In this document: one piece after another, positions 47,883 through 58,191 of the stretch | Position numbering within the stretch: position 1 is the stretch's first letter | Layout: the number at the start of each line of letters is the position of its first letter | Translations under genes and position numbers: made by a program | Source of the DNA: a candidate division WOR-3 bacterium | GTDB lineage: Bacteria > Hydrothermota > Hydrothermia > JBDRYB01 | Assembly: GCA_039803205.1 (NCBI GenBank) | Contig: JBDRYB010000001.1 | Location: forward strand, 363,413 to 427,412 | Direction of reading: 5' to 3' | DNA: 64,000 bases | Notes under the pieces: generated by a model | What the model saw: only the letters and a program-made list of their open reading frames with translations | What the model was told of the DNA's origin: nothing | The model's database searches: none

Positions 47883-48500
47883 ATGGAACAGGAGCAAAAG
47901 AAGGAGAGAAAACGCCGTGAGATTCTCAGCGCGGCCAGGAGGGTTTTCTCTGAGAGGGGCTATTACCAGGCAACAATGGACGAAATAGCCTCTGAAGCAG
48001 GGGTCGCTAAGGGAACCCTCTATCTCTATTACCCCTCCAAGGCACACCTCCTCCTCGCTTGCGTGAGGGAGATGATGGAATCCCTTGCCGGAAAGATGCG
48101 GGATATGCTCGCGGAATACGAGGGGAAGGATGTTTCTCCGGTTGAGATAATAAGGCACGCCATAGGCATTTACCTAGATCACCTGAACAGAAACAAGGAC
48201 ATGCTCATAACCGGAATGAGGGAGGGCCAGGTCTCGGCAGAGGAGATAGGGGGCGAGGAACTTCGGAAGGAGATACTCAGCCACATCTGGGGATACACGG
48301 AGTATGTCTCATCCGCGCTCGAGAAGGGGATGAGGGCCGGGGTCATAAGAAAGGGAAACCCTCTGATAATGGCCCTGGGTCTCATCGGTGTGGCACAGAA
48401 CATAACCATATATCATCTTTACAACGAACCCGATAAGGACCTTACGGAGCTCAAGGAGGGCATAGTTGAGCTCGTGAAGAACATGATCCTTGAAAAGTGA
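47883..48500 (+). CDS. TetR/AcrR family regulator
   Basis: ILSAA..VF..GY..TMDEIA..AGVAKGTLYLYY.SK helix-turn-helix. Confidence 0.95.
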   Translation: MEQEQKKERKRREILSAARRVFSERGYYQATMDEIASEAGVAKGTLYLYYPSKAHLLLACVREMMESLAGKMRDMLAEYEGKDVSPVEIIRHAIGIYLDHLNRNKDMLITGMREGQVSAEEIGGEELRKEILSHIWGYTEYVSSALEKGMRAGVIRKGNPLIMALGLIGVAQNITIYHLYNEPDKDLTELKEGIVELVKNMILEK

Positions 48501-48507
48501 GGAAGAA

Positions 48508-49863
48508 ATGAGAAGGTTCATAGTATCCATAGGCATCTTTGTCGGATGGTCGCTCGCTGACACCCTCATTCTCAATGAGGGGTCCGCTGTCTCCGCGGCC
48601 CTCGCGGCGAATCCGGAACTGAGGATGTATCGGGCAAAGATAAGCGAAGCTGAGGCGAGGCTCGCACAGGCACGGGCGCCCTTCATGCCCCAGCTCTCCT
48701 TGTCCGCTGGATACACCTATCTCTCGTATGTCCAGGAGATGGAGATGGTTGTCCCCAACTTCGACAGCTTCCCCAACATCAGATTGGATACGGTCACGAT
48801 GCAGTTCGGCCGCCACAACAACTACAAAGCAGAGGCGAGGTTGAGCCAGGTCCTTTTCTCCTGGGGCAGGGTCTGGAACTCTTACCAGATGGCAAAAGAA
48901 GGGCTCCGGGCCGCGGAGTTCAGTCTCAGAGCAAAGGAAGCGGAGGTTTCATCAAAGGCCAGGGTAGCTTTCTGGGGGGCTCTCGTTGCCAGAGAATACT
49001 GGAACCTGGCTAAGGAGAGCTCAAGAAACCTTGAGGAGCATTACCGAGATGCTGAGCGCAGATACAAATCGGGCGTTGCGCCGGAGTTTGAGCTGTTGCA
49101 GGCAGAGGTCAAGTGGAGGAACTCCATTCCTCAAGTAGCTGATGCCGAGAAAGCATATCGGGATGCCCTTGATGGCCTGAAATTGCTCCTTGGCATCCCA
49201 CAGGAAACCGAGTTAATCCTTGAGGGCACCCCTGAGTTTGAGGAGCCGAACATAGACGATTCGGCCGCTGTGGCCCTTGCTTTGGAATCCAGGCCCGAGC
49301 TCGCATCCCTGGACCAGCAGATCTCAGCGCTGGAAAGGCTTGTGGCGATCCAGTCTGCAGGAGATAAGCCCCAACTAGTTGGTTTCATCGGTTATGCTTA
49401 TCAGAGGCCATACGGGTTTGAAGATGAATGGGGAGGGACATGGAGCGCTGGTTTGGGTATTACCTGGAACCTCTTTGATGGCTTCTCATCCAAAGGAAAG
49501 GCCTCAGAGGCAAAGGCCCAAAGGGAGCAGGTCATCCTCTCTCGGTATCTCCAGGCCGAGGCCATAAAGAGCGAGGTTAGGACCGCGCTACGAGGGGTCT
49601 ATGAGTCCTGGGAAAAGCTCAGGTCCGCAGAGGCAACCGTCGCGCTCGCTGAGCGAGGGCTCTCCATAGCAAAAGCGCAAAGAGAAGGAGGTATCGCGAC
49701 GCAGCTTGCCCTATACGACGCGGAGATGAACCTTTATCAAGCGAAAATCAATCTGCTCGCTAGCCAGATGGGCTATGTGGCGTCTCTGGCCGCGCTTGAA
49801 AAGGCTGTTGGAGTGCCAATGTCCGAGCTCCCAAAAAAGGAGGAGAAAAATGAAAAGGAGTAG
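48508..49863 (+). CDS. TolC family outer-membrane efflux protein
   Basis: ALAANPEL, P.LSLS, RYKSG..ELLQAE, RPEL, WNLFDG. Confidence 0.92.
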   Translation: MRRFIVSIGIFVGWSLADTLILNEGSAVSAALAANPELRMYRAKISEAEARLAQARAPFMPQLSLSAGYTYLSYVQEMEMVVPNFDSFPNIRLDTVTMQFGRHNNYKAEARLSQVLFSWGRVWNSYQMAKEGLRAAEFSLRAKEAEVSSKARVAFWGALVAREYWNLAKESSRNLEEHYRDAERRYKSGVAPEFELLQAEVKWRNSIPQVADAEKAYRDALDGLKLLLGIPQETELILEGTPEFEEPNIDDSAAVALALESRPELASLDQQISALERLVAIQSAGDKPQLVGFIGYAYQRPYGFEDEWGGTWSAGLGITWNLFDGFSSKGKASEAKAQREQVILSRYLQAEAIKSEVRTALRGVYESWEKLRSAEATVALAERGLSIAKAQREGGIATQLALYDAEMNLYQAKINLLASQMGYVASLAALEKAVGVPMSELPKKEEKNEKE

Positions 49864-50737
49864 TTGTTTCTCGTGGGCAGAGAGGATCTTGAGCCTTTTC
49901 TTGGTCATCCTTACTGTATCATTACTGGCCTGCGGTCGCAAGGGTTCATCTGATAGCATCGGAAAGGAGAAGATGGTTGTGGGCGTTGAGCTCGTCAAGA
50001 AGGGAGCCATAACAAGGAGCGCGGAGCTCTTCGGGAGGGTCTCCGGGGCTGAAGAGGCGCAGGTCTACTCGGAGTTTCCTGGGAAGGTTACATACAAGGT
50101 TAAAGAGGGTCAGAGGGTATCCCGGGGCCAGACCATAGCCTACATAGATAGAAGCCTTCCTGGTGTTGATTACCGACCATATCCGGTGAGCGCCCCGGTT
50201 TCCGGGACGGTTGCTTTTGTTTACCTAAAGGATGGCTCCATGGTTGATGCCCGGACCCCTCTTGCCCTGATAACGGGCAGGGGGAGGGTTGAGGTAACGC
50301 TTGATGTGCCAGCGAGCCTCCTTCCTTTGATGAGGCCTGGGAGCGAGGCGGCTGTGATTCTCGGGGAAGACACGGTTAAGGGCAGGATAGAAAGCGTTTC
50401 TGGAGCGGTAAATCCCATCTCAGGGGCGGGCCAAGCGAAATTGCGCCTGAAAAACCCTGGCGACAGGCTGGTCTCGGGCATGGTCGTGAGATCCAAGGTT
50501 GAGCTGGAGAAGAAGGAAGGCGCTCTGATCGTTCCGGATGCGGCCATCATAGACAGGGATGGCAGGCATGTGGTTTTCGTGATAAAGGATGGGAAGGCAA
50601 GGGAGGTTCAGGTCAGCTTAGGGATAAGGGGCGATGGGGTCGTTGAGGTCATGGGGGATCTTTCCGCGGGGGACACAGTTGCCACAACCGGCGCGCTTGG
50701 ACTCGCTGACGGCGTTCATGTGGAGGTGATGAGATGA
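49850..50737 (+). CDS. RND efflux periplasmic adaptor (membrane fusion protein)
   Basis: Lipobox LLAC, VKEGQRV, APVSG.V, GM, VP..AI; SD AGGAGG. Confidence 0.88.
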   Translation: MKRSSCFSWAERILSLFLVILTVSLLACGRKGSSDSIGKEKMVVGVELVKKGAITRSAELFGRVSGAEEAQVYSEFPGKVTYKVKEGQRVSRGQTIAYIDRSLPGVDYRPYPVSAPVSGTVAFVYLKDGSMVDARTPLALITGRGRVEVTLDVPASLLPLMRPGSEAAVILGEDTVKGRIESVSGAVNPISGAGQAKLRLKNPGDRLVSGMVVRSKVELEKKEGALIVPDAAIIDRDGRHVVFVIKDGKAREVQVSLGIRGDGVVEVMGDLSAGDTVATTGALGLADGVHVEVMR

Positions 50738-53700
50738 GGGGCCTGGTCAGATTCTCGGTGGATCACCCTGTCACCATAACCATGCTCGTTGGGATACTTG
50801 TGGTCATGGGAATGCTCTCGCTGTCCCGGATGGGTCAGGACCTCATGCCCGACATATCATTTCCGACCGTGACCGTTGTTACTCAATACGAGGGCGCGTC
50901 CCCAGAGGAGGTTGAGAAGCTCGTAACCCAGCCGGTTGAGGGGGCCTGCGCTCTCATATCAGGAGTCCAAAAAGTCAGCTCAACATCGGCCGAGGGGGTT
51001 TCAACCGTGACCCTGGAGTTTGAGTGGGGAACGGATATTGATGTGGCATCCCAGGATGTGAGGGAGAAGCTCGGGATGATTGAGAAATACCTCCCTGAGG
51101 AGGCTGAGCGCCCCGCTGTCTATAAGTTTGACCCATCCATGATGCCAGCGATTGAATATGCGCTCTATTCGGATAAGTTCACCCAAACCCAGCTTAAGAA
51201 GCTCTCTGAGGACCTCATAAAGCCCCGTCTTGAGAGGCAGGAAGGCGTCGCATCCGTTCTCATACTCGGCGTTGAGGATGAGGAGATAATAATTGATGTT
51301 GACATGGCAAAGCTCCACGAGCTCGGGCTCTCCCTTGGGGAGCTGATAAATGTCCTACGGGGCCAGAACCTCAACCTTCCTGCTGGGCATTACATGATAG
51401 GCCCAAGAGAATACCTGATAAGGGCTGTAGGGGAGGTTTCGGAGCCACAGGAGCTTCTTGATGTGCCCGTTGGTTTTACGAAGGACGGAAGGCCTGTTCG
51501 CCTCTCAGAGGTGGCGAGGGTTTGGACAGGACTGAGGGAAAAGAGGGGATACTACGAGATAGAAGGGAAACCAGGGGTTCTCCTCATCGTGCAAAAGCAA
51601 TCTGGGTCCAACACCGTCCAGGTCGCGGATAGGGTAAAGAGGGAAATGGGGGCAATAAAGCCCCTTTTGCCCCAGGGCATAGAAACAGCCATCGTCATGG
51701 ACTTCAGCGAGGCAGTAAAGGCCAACAACAAGAACACATTTGACACAGCGTGGCAAGGTATGCTGTTAGCCGCTCTAATCGTCTTTCTCTTTCTCTTCAA
51801 CTGGAGGCCAACTCTGGTCATATCCCTAGCTATACCGCTCTCGGTTTTCGCTACATTTATCGTTCTCCACTTGAGAGGGGACACCTTGAACATGATGACC
51901 CTCGGAGGGATAACCCTCGCTGTTGGGATGCTGGTTGATAATGCTGTGGTTGTGATTGAGAACATGTTCAGGCACGCTGAGATGGGAAAGCCCAGCTCCC
52001 AAGCCGCTGTTGATGGCGCCTCAGAGGTTGGGCTCGCGATAACGGCCTCAACCCTCACTAACATAGTTGTTTTTCTCCCCCTCATCTATTCGGGCGGGAT
52101 CGTCGGCGAGATAATGAGATCCTTGGCCTTTACAGTGACCGTGACCATGCTCATGTCCCTCGTTGTCGCGATAACCATAATCCCGAGCTACGCGGCAAAA
52201 CTCTTCAGGGCCGAGAAAAAGAGCAGGCTGGCCGGATGGTTCAACCCCGTATCCAGGGTATACAGGTTCCTTTTGGAGCTGACCCTGAGGCACCGGGTTA
52301 CCGCGACCATAGTGACCCTGCTACTGATGGCTGGATCGGCCTTCGTTTTCCTTAGGCTCGGAGGCGAGTTTATTCCCATGCTGGACATGAGATTCATCCC
52401 GATAGAGGTGGAGCTCCCCCCTGGGACCCCCGCTGACGCTACAAAGGCATACCTTGAACACGGGGCTGAGATAGCGAGGGAATACAGCGAGGTTGAGATG
52501 ATATCGGTCATGGTTGGCTCAGGGGGATTCATGTCCTCTTTCGGGAGGACAGCGGATGTCAACCAGGGAACCCTGTTTCTCAAGATGAAACCCCCTGAGC
52601 AGAGAAGGAGATACACCACCGAGGTCGCGCACGAGATAATAGCGAGAATGCCTCCTTATTACGGGTCAAAGGCTGTGGTCTCCAACTATCAATCTCAGAT
52701 GCTCGGCGGAGGCATGCCCATAGAGATACACATATACGGCCCGGATGTGAATGTCCTGACGCAGTTGGGCGAGGATGTCCTCAATAGGATAAAGAACATA
52801 CCCGGCATAGTTAGCCCGGATGTCTCTGTTGAGCTGGCAAAACCAGAAATAAAGGTCACGGTTGACAAGGAACGAGCCGCATACTATGGTTTGACGGCTT
52901 ATCAGATAGTTTCGGAAATAGAGGCCCTCACCCTCGGGAAGGTAGCAAGCAGGATGGAGGTTGAGGGAGACCAGCTTAACATAGTGGTGAGGGCGGACAG
53001 CTTGGATAGGACGAGCCTGAGCAATGCTTGGATAAAATCCCCGACCGGCGCGCTGGTTCCGCTTTCAGAGGTCTCCACCGTTATCCTCGGGACCGGGCCG
53101 ACCAGGATAGACCGGGAGAACCAGGTTCGCTTCATAAGGGTCACGGCTGACAAGGAGGGCCGTAGCCTCCAGGAGGTCAGCCGGGATGTCTCCAAAGCGC
53201 TCTCGGATTTCAAGACCCCTCCTGGCTACACCTGGGAAATTGCCGGGGAGTCAAAGCGCATGTCCGATATGATGAGGCAGATGTTCTGGGTGATCCTGGC
53301 CGCTGTCGTCCTCACATACATGATAATGGCCGCCTTATTTGAATCCTTTAAGAGGCCCTTGATTGTGATGTTCACGGTCCCCCTCGCTTTTATTGGCTCC
53401 GCATTTGCCCTCTGGTTCTCCGGCATGACATTATCAATGGTATCCCTGATGGGCTTGCTCATCGTCTTCGGCGTCGTTGTCAACAACGCCATAGTCATGA
53501 TAGACCTCATAGACAAGCTCAGGGAGCGAGGAACCGATCCCTATGAGGCTGTTGTTGATGGCGCTGTCCTGCGCCTTAGGCCCATCCTGATAACTGCCCT
53601 GACAACCATTTTCGGACTTGCGCCCATGGCTTTTCTCAGAACCAGAGGGTGGGAGATGCGCTCACCCATAGCAATTGCTTTAATAGGCGGGCTTATGACC

Positions 53701-53790
53701 GGCACCTTCGTGACCTTGCTGGTTATTCCCATGGTCTACACATGGTTTGAGGGAATAAGGACCAAGAGAAGGCCAAAGGAGCAGGGCTAA
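50734..53790 (+). CDS. RND efflux transporter permease (AcrB family)
   Basis: GASPEEVE, AIPLS, GMLVDNAVVVIEN, GVVVNNAI, RLRPILIT. Confidence 0.95.
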   Translation: MRGLVRFSVDHPVTITMLVGILVVMGMLSLSRMGQDLMPDISFPTVTVVTQYEGASPEEVEKLVTQPVEGACALISGVQKVSSTSAEGVSTVTLEFEWGTDIDVASQDVREKLGMIEKYLPEEAERPAVYKFDPSMMPAIEYALYSDKFTQTQLKKLSEDLIKPRLERQEGVASVLILGVEDEEIIIDVDMAKLHELGLSLGELINVLRGQNLNLPAGHYMIGPREYLIRAVGEVSEPQELLDVPVGFTKDGRPVRLSEVARVWTGLREKRGYYEIEGKPGVLLIVQKQSGSNTVQVADRVKREMGAIKPLLPQGIETAIVMDFSEAVKANNKNTFDTAWQGMLLAALIVFLFLFNWRPTLVISLAIPLSVFATFIVLHLRGDTLNMMTLGGITLAVGMLVDNAVVVIENMFRHAEMGKPSSQAAVDGASEVGLAITASTLTNIVVFLPLIYSGGIVGEIMRSLAFTVTVTMLMSLVVAITIIPSYAAKLFRAEKKSRLAGWFNPVSRVYRFLLELTLRHRVTATIVTLLLMAGSAFVFLRLGGEFIPMLDMRFIPIEVELPPGTPADATKAYLEHGAEIAREYSEVEMISVMVGSGGFMSSFGRTADVNQGTLFLKMKPPEQRRRYTTEVAHEIIARMPPYYGSKAVVSNYQSQMLGGGMPIEIHIYGPDVNVLTQLGEDVLNRIKNIPGIVSPDVSVELAKPEIKVTVDKERAAYYGLTAYQIVSEIEALTLGKVASRMEVEGDQLNIVVRADSLDRTSLSNAWIKSPTGALVPLSEVSTVILGTGPTRIDRENQVRFIRVTADKEGRSLQEVSRDVSKALSDFKTPPGYTWEIAGESKRMSDMMRQMFWVILAAVVLTYMIMAALFESFKRPLIVMFTVPLAFIGSAFALWFSGMTLSMVSLMGLLIVFGVVVNNAIVMIDLIDKLRERGTDPYEAVVDGAVLRLRPILITALTTIFGLAPMAFLRTRGWEMRSPIAIALIGGLMTGTFVTLLVIPMVYTWFEGIRTKRRPKEQG

Positions 53791-53857
53791 AAACCGGAGA
53801 TCGCCGCGAGCGCGAGGATTGACCCCTTAGAGAGCTTTCTATTGCAAGGAAAAAAGC

Positions 53858-53886
53858 TTGCGCGCGGCCACGATTTGCATTATACT
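53858..53886 (+). promoter_or_regulatory. sigma70-type promoter of the kamA operon
   Basis: TTGCGC-N17-TATACT. Confidence 0.55.
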
Positions 53887-53932
53887 TTTCAGGCTTTCCA
53901 AAACCCTGGGGTAAGAGGACCCCATATAATAA

Positions 53933-55216
53933 ATGGAAAAGGTCTCAGAAGAAGAAAGAGACAAGCCCCCCTCGCGAGGGGGGGCTGCGGTTGGAGTGGC
54001 CTCGGTGCCACTAGAGGAAAGGGCCCTGTGGGATAGCTGGCAGTGGCAGTTAGCCCACGCGGTCCGAAAAGCCGAAGACCTCCGGAAGTATCTCGTATTG
54101 TCCCCTGAGGAAGAAGCTGTCCTGAGAGCAGTGGAGTCCGTCTACCCAATAATGGCGACCCCATACTACCTTTCCCTCATAGATCCATATGACCCTGATG
54201 ATCCCATAAGAAAGCAGGTCATACCCTCTCAAGAGGAGCTGGGCCAGCGCGGAACGGAGGACCCCCTGGATGAGGAGGCTGACAGCCCTGTTCCTGGCTT
54301 GACGCACAGGTATCCGGACAGGGTCCTCATGGTCGTGACCAATTTCTGTCCTGTCTGGTGCAGGCATTGCACCCGAAAAAGGCTTTGGAAGCGACACGCG
54401 TGCAAAAAAGCGTATACCCTGCGCAACCTCCCTGACATGATCCAATACATAAGAACCCATACGGAAATAAGGGATGTGATCCTTTCCGGCGGAGACCCAT
54501 TGACCCTTCCGACCCCCACCCTTGAGAGGATAATCTCTCAGCTCCGGGCAATACCGCATGTGGAGATAATCCGCATAGGAACAAGGGTTCCAGTGACACT
54601 GCCGCAAAGGCTCTGGGATACGGAGCTCCTCTCCGTCCTTGACAGGAACGGCCCCATATGGGTCAATACCCATTTCAACCACCCGAAGGAGATAACCCCT
54701 GAGGCCGCTAGGGCCGTTGACAACCTCTTGAGGGCAGGGGTTCCAGTGAACAACCAGTCCGTCCTCCTGGCAGGCGTGAACGACAGCGTCAAGGTCATGC
54801 GGGAGCTTGTAACGGGGCTTCTCAGGATCAAGGTGAGGCCATACTACCTCTATCATTGCGACCCCGTCCAAGGCGCCATGCACTTCAGGACATCCCTTGA
54901 GAAGGGGCTGGAGATAATGGAAGGGCTTCGGGGACATGTGTCTGGCCTCGCTGTGCCCACATATGTCGTTGACGCGCCTGGCGGTGCTGGCAAGATACCG
55001 GTCATGCCTAACTACATGGTCTCATGGGCAGAGGATGGCGTGGTCCTCAGGAACTACGAGGGGATCCTGGTAAAATACAATCCAAAAGGAAACGGGGCAT
55101 CCGGCAAACCCGCTCCCGAAAGCGTCTCTGACCTCCTTTCCGAAGGCGGAAGGCTAGTGCCCGAGGGGAACCCTCGGATGCAAAGAAGGAGAGCGCGCCA
55201 AGGCCGCAGGTTATAG
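53933..55216 (+). CDS. KamA family radical SAM protein (lysine 2,3-aminomutase-like)
   Basis: THRYPDRVL, CPVWCRHC, LSGGDPL, RIGTR, NQSVLL.GVND, PYYL, DAPGGAGK. Confidence 0.92.
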   Translation: MEKVSEEERDKPPSRGGAAVGVASVPLEERALWDSWQWQLAHAVRKAEDLRKYLVLSPEEEAVLRAVESVYPIMATPYYLSLIDPYDPDDPIRKQVIPSQEELGQRGTEDPLDEEADSPVPGLTHRYPDRVLMVVTNFCPVWCRHCTRKRLWKRHACKKAYTLRNLPDMIQYIRTHTEIRDVILSGGDPLTLPTPTLERIISQLRAIPHVEIIRIGTRVPVTLPQRLWDTELLSVLDRNGPIWVNTHFNHPKEITPEAARAVDNLLRAGVPVNNQSVLLAGVNDSVKVMRELVTGLLRIKVRPYYLYHCDPVQGAMHFRTSLEKGLEIMEGLRGHVSGLAVPTYVVDAPGGAGKIPVMPNYMVSWAEDGVVLRNYEGILVKYNPKGNGASGKPAPESVSDLLSEGGRLVPEGNPRMQRRRARQGRRL

Positions 55217-55252
55217 GGTTTTCTCACGAAGAGCCAGCCATGAGGAGCCAAT

Positions 55253-56248
55253 ATGAAAATAGGCATATCCTATGACCTTTTTACCCCTTCGCTAGTCAAG
55301 GATGGCCCACCTGACCTTTATGAGGAATGGGATCAGGAGGTCACCATAAGAGCCATAGCAGAATCCATCTCAAAGTTGGGCCATGAACCCCTTCTCCTGG
55401 GTGGCGGAAGGGGCTTCCTTGAGAGGGTCTTGTCTGATCCGCCCGATCTGGTTTTCAACATAGCAGAAGGATACGGCACACGCTCCAGAGAGGCGCACAT
55501 TCCCGCTATACTGGAGTTTCTTGGGATCCCATACACGGGCTCAGACCCCCTTACCCTTGCCCTGACCCTTGACAAAGAGATGACCAAGATAGTTGTTTCT
55601 TCGGCCGGGGTAAGGGTTCCGGTTTCCCAAACGGTGGAGACGGTATCCGATCTTGAGAGGATTGATTTTCCCTTCCCGGCCATACTCAAGCTCAGGTGGG
55701 AGGGAAGCTCAATGGGGCTAAGACGAAACTCCAAGGTCAAAAACCGCGATGAGATGATCTCGGTTGGGAAGTGGCTCCTTGAGACATATTCTAGACCCAT
55801 TATCGTTGAGGAGTTCATCCCAGGAAAGGAGATAACCGTAGCGGTTGTGGGCAACGGGTCCGAAACGAGGGTCCTCGCGAGCCTACTCATTGAGCATGTC
55901 TCAGTTCCGCCGGAGGAGTTCGTCTATTCCCTTGAAGTAAAGCACAACTGGCGAGAGGAGATAAGATACACGGTTAATCCTCCCCTTGATCCAGGAACAA
56001 TTTCTTCCTTGGAGGAATCGGCTCTGGCCGCATACAGGGTTCTCGGTTGTCGTGATGTATCAAGGCTTGACTTCAGGCTTGGCCCGGACGGAACACCATA
56101 CTTCCTTGAGGTGAACCCACTGCCCGGCCTCAATCCGACCCATTCTGATCTCTGGATAATGATAGACCAGCTTGGGATCCCGTATCACGAGCTCATAGGG
56201 GAGATCCTGGGCGCGGCAATGAAAAGGTTGGGGATGGGGCCCAGTTAA
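55253..56248 (+). CDS. D-Ala-D-Ala-ligase-like ATP-grasp enzyme
   Basis: FNIAEG, IPYTGSD, DK, EGSSMG, EEFIPG.E, RLDFR, LEVNPLPGL; lacks the canonical Ddl GGxSxE N-terminus. Confidence 0.88.
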   Translation: MKIGISYDLFTPSLVKDGPPDLYEEWDQEVTIRAIAESISKLGHEPLLLGGGRGFLERVLSDPPDLVFNIAEGYGTRSREAHIPAILEFLGIPYTGSDPLTLALTLDKEMTKIVVSSAGVRVPVSQTVETVSDLERIDFPFPAILKLRWEGSSMGLRRNSKVKNRDEMISVGKWLLETYSRPIIVEEFIPGKEITVAVVGNGSETRVLASLLIEHVSVPPEEFVYSLEVKHNWREEIRYTVNPPLDPGTISSLEESALAAYRVLGCRDVSRLDFRLGPDGTPYFLEVNPLPGLNPTHSDLWIMIDQLGIPYHELIGEILGAAMKRLGMGPS

Positions 56249-56281
56249 AAAGGCCCCGCCCAGGGCCAGCCCTGGGCGGGG
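56247..56281 (-). terminator. Intrinsic terminator between convergent genes
   Basis: Perfect 12-bp stem CCCCGCCCAGGG/CCCTGGGCGGGG with a U-tail on the minus strand. Confidence 0.85.
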
Positions 56282-56298
56282 GTTAGAGCACCTCCCGA

Positions 56299-58044
56299 CT
56301 ACCTTATTACCGATACTCTGCCTCCGGTTCCGAGAAGTCGCCACAGGTAGACTCCCTCTGGCAAATACGGCAATCTCATGGTGGTGGTTTTGCCTCTTGG
56401 CAAGGGTCCGAAGGTCCAGACCTCCCTCCCGTCAACCGAGTAGAGGTGCAGATAGCTCCCCTCGGGTGGTTCGCCCTCTATCCTTATGGCGTTCAGGGAT
56501 GGGATGAAGAGGACCCTCAGTCCGCCGCCCACGCCATCCTCCTCCTGGGCGCCTACATAAACCGGCGCAATGGGTCTTGCAAAAAAGACATCTGAGTTGT
56601 GAGAGATGTAAGGGGTGTTCCATACCACCACCGGCATGCTGCCGCTGAGCTCGGAGCGAGAACTCAGCGAGAGACAGCCCTCAGCTGGCTCCACTCCATA
56701 GAGGAGCTCATTTGAGATAACGAGGGAGTCAAGGGATAAACCATCGGGTAAGCACCAGCTGGACCGTTTATCCACACCCTCAGCCGGACACATTAAAAAC
56801 TTTATGTTTCCAAGGCTATCGTTCTCACGATCGCAGTATTCGGTAAAGTAAAATACATTTGATTGGCCAGCATCAAACTGAACGCCATCCGGTGAGACCC
56901 TGGGGGATCTGGTTTCCTCGTTGCCGGTCTCCATCCAATAACCTCCCCAGGTTGCCCCGAGGTCCTTCGTGTAGAAGGCATAGACATCGTGATCGGATCT
57001 CCCGTATTTCAAGGCCACGAAGGCTACAGCCTCGTTTCGGCCCTGCGCGCCCGCCACCGAAAGCTCGGACACCGGATAAGGGATGTCCGCGTAGATCGCC
57101 CTCCATGAAGCCCCGTGATTCAATGTGGAGAAGATGTGGACCCTCTGAGCCTCTTCGGGCAGTGAATTTTCCGCGTTTGCTTTGAAAACAAGATAGGTAG
57201 CCCTATCCGTTGACCAGATCTCAGGGCCACCCCTATAACACCTGTCACCGCCAACAGAAAGGACCTTTGCCCATGGCGCGTAGCGTGAGCCCCTGAAGAC
57301 CCACAGGTATTGGATGCCCGAGAGGCGGTTCGTGGCTCTCGCAGGGATAAATGCCTTGTTCTCGGAACCGCGACCCCTTTCAACCGAAAGGGCGATCTCA
57401 GAGACATCAAAATCAGGCTCTGCTGAGACCCATGTGCTCTGGAATGTCTCAGAGGGCCTATCCGAGGCAAAAGAGGCAACCTCAAGACCCCTGTGCCCCA
57501 AACCCTTCCCATCCTTCCAGTATGAGGCAAAAGCCAAATACACGATATTCGGGGTAGGGCCCGGGTCTATGAACATTTGGGGGGGTCCAACGGGGCCTCC
57601 ATACGAGTTGTATATCCCCAAAACCAATGCCCAAGTGAGGCCCCTGTCAGTGGAGCGGAATATCCTTATGTGGCTGTTGGATTCCTCATCCACCAGCAAG
57701 GCAACCCAGATGTTTCCGCTTGCATCAACGGCAACCGAGGGAACCCGCTCATTATCATCCGCAGGCGATATCGGGATCGGGGATAACCAGCCTCCTCCAT
57801 CGTAAAATGGCAAGCCGCGAGGAGGCGAGGGGGCGCAAGCCACCGCGAACGAGGGCAGAAGCCCCCCGGTGGCCTCAGAACGAACCTCTGAAGAGCTCAT
57901 TACTTCAGGGACAGAAATCTTTATGGGGAAAGCCTTCCCCAAAACCGGGGCGCTGGTGTCATTGTCTTCTGTGATATTAGTCGTGGCCCCTATGGGGTGG
58001 GCAAATACGAACGAAAGCCCTATCCCTACAAGCAACAATCTCAT
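56299..58044 (-). CDS. Secreted BNR/Asp-box (sialidase-like) protein with T9SS-like C-terminal domain
   Basis: STDRGLTW, TLNHGASW, TKDLGATW Asp-boxes; C-terminal LYSVDGR..GVYL..VIR. Confidence 0.8.
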   Translation of the reverse strand: MRLLLVGIGLSFVFAHPIGATTNITEDNDTSAPVLGKAFPIKISVPEVMSSSEVRSEATGGLLPSFAVACAPSPPRGLPFYDGGGWLSPIPISPADDNERVPSVAVDASGNIWVALLVDEESNSHIRIFRSTDRGLTWALVLGIYNSYGGPVGPPQMFIDPGPTPNIVYLAFASYWKDGKGLGHRGLEVASFASDRPSETFQSTWVSAEPDFDVSEIALSVERGRGSENKAFIPARATNRLSGIQYLWVFRGSRYAPWAKVLSVGGDRCYRGGPEIWSTDRATYLVFKANAENSLPEEAQRVHIFSTLNHGASWRAIYADIPYPVSELSVAGAQGRNEAVAFVALKYGRSDHDVYAFYTKDLGATWGGYWMETGNEETRSPRVSPDGVQFDAGQSNVFYFTEYCDRENDSLGNIKFLMCPAEGVDKRSSWCLPDGLSLDSLVISNELLYGVEPAEGCLSLSSRSELSGSMPVVVWNTPYISHNSDVFFARPIAPVYVGAQEEDGVGGGLRVLFIPSLNAIRIEGEPPEGSYLHLYSVDGREVWTFGPLPRGKTTTMRLPYLPEGVYLWRLLGTGGRVSVIR

Positions 58045-58191
58045 TAAATCTAGCCTCCTTGTTCTTTCTTCTTTGGATCACACTCAAATAATAAACCAAA
58101 ACGCGTGGACTGTCAAGGGCCAAGACCAGTTTTTAGCCCTTGAACCCTTGTGGTTGGAATTCATGCAGGAAGCGGGTTGAAACATCATCCC

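Noticed and set aside
53864..53880. sigma54 promoter (GGCCACGATTTGC)
   Set aside because: GG-to-GC spacing is 9 nt rather than the required 10; a sigma70-type promoter fits the same place.
54050..54937. 295-aa ORF antisense to KamA (likewise 26746..27741, 35810..36520, 10484..11074)
   Set aside because: These lie opposite better-supported genes and have no recognisable motifs; they are codon-bias shadows.
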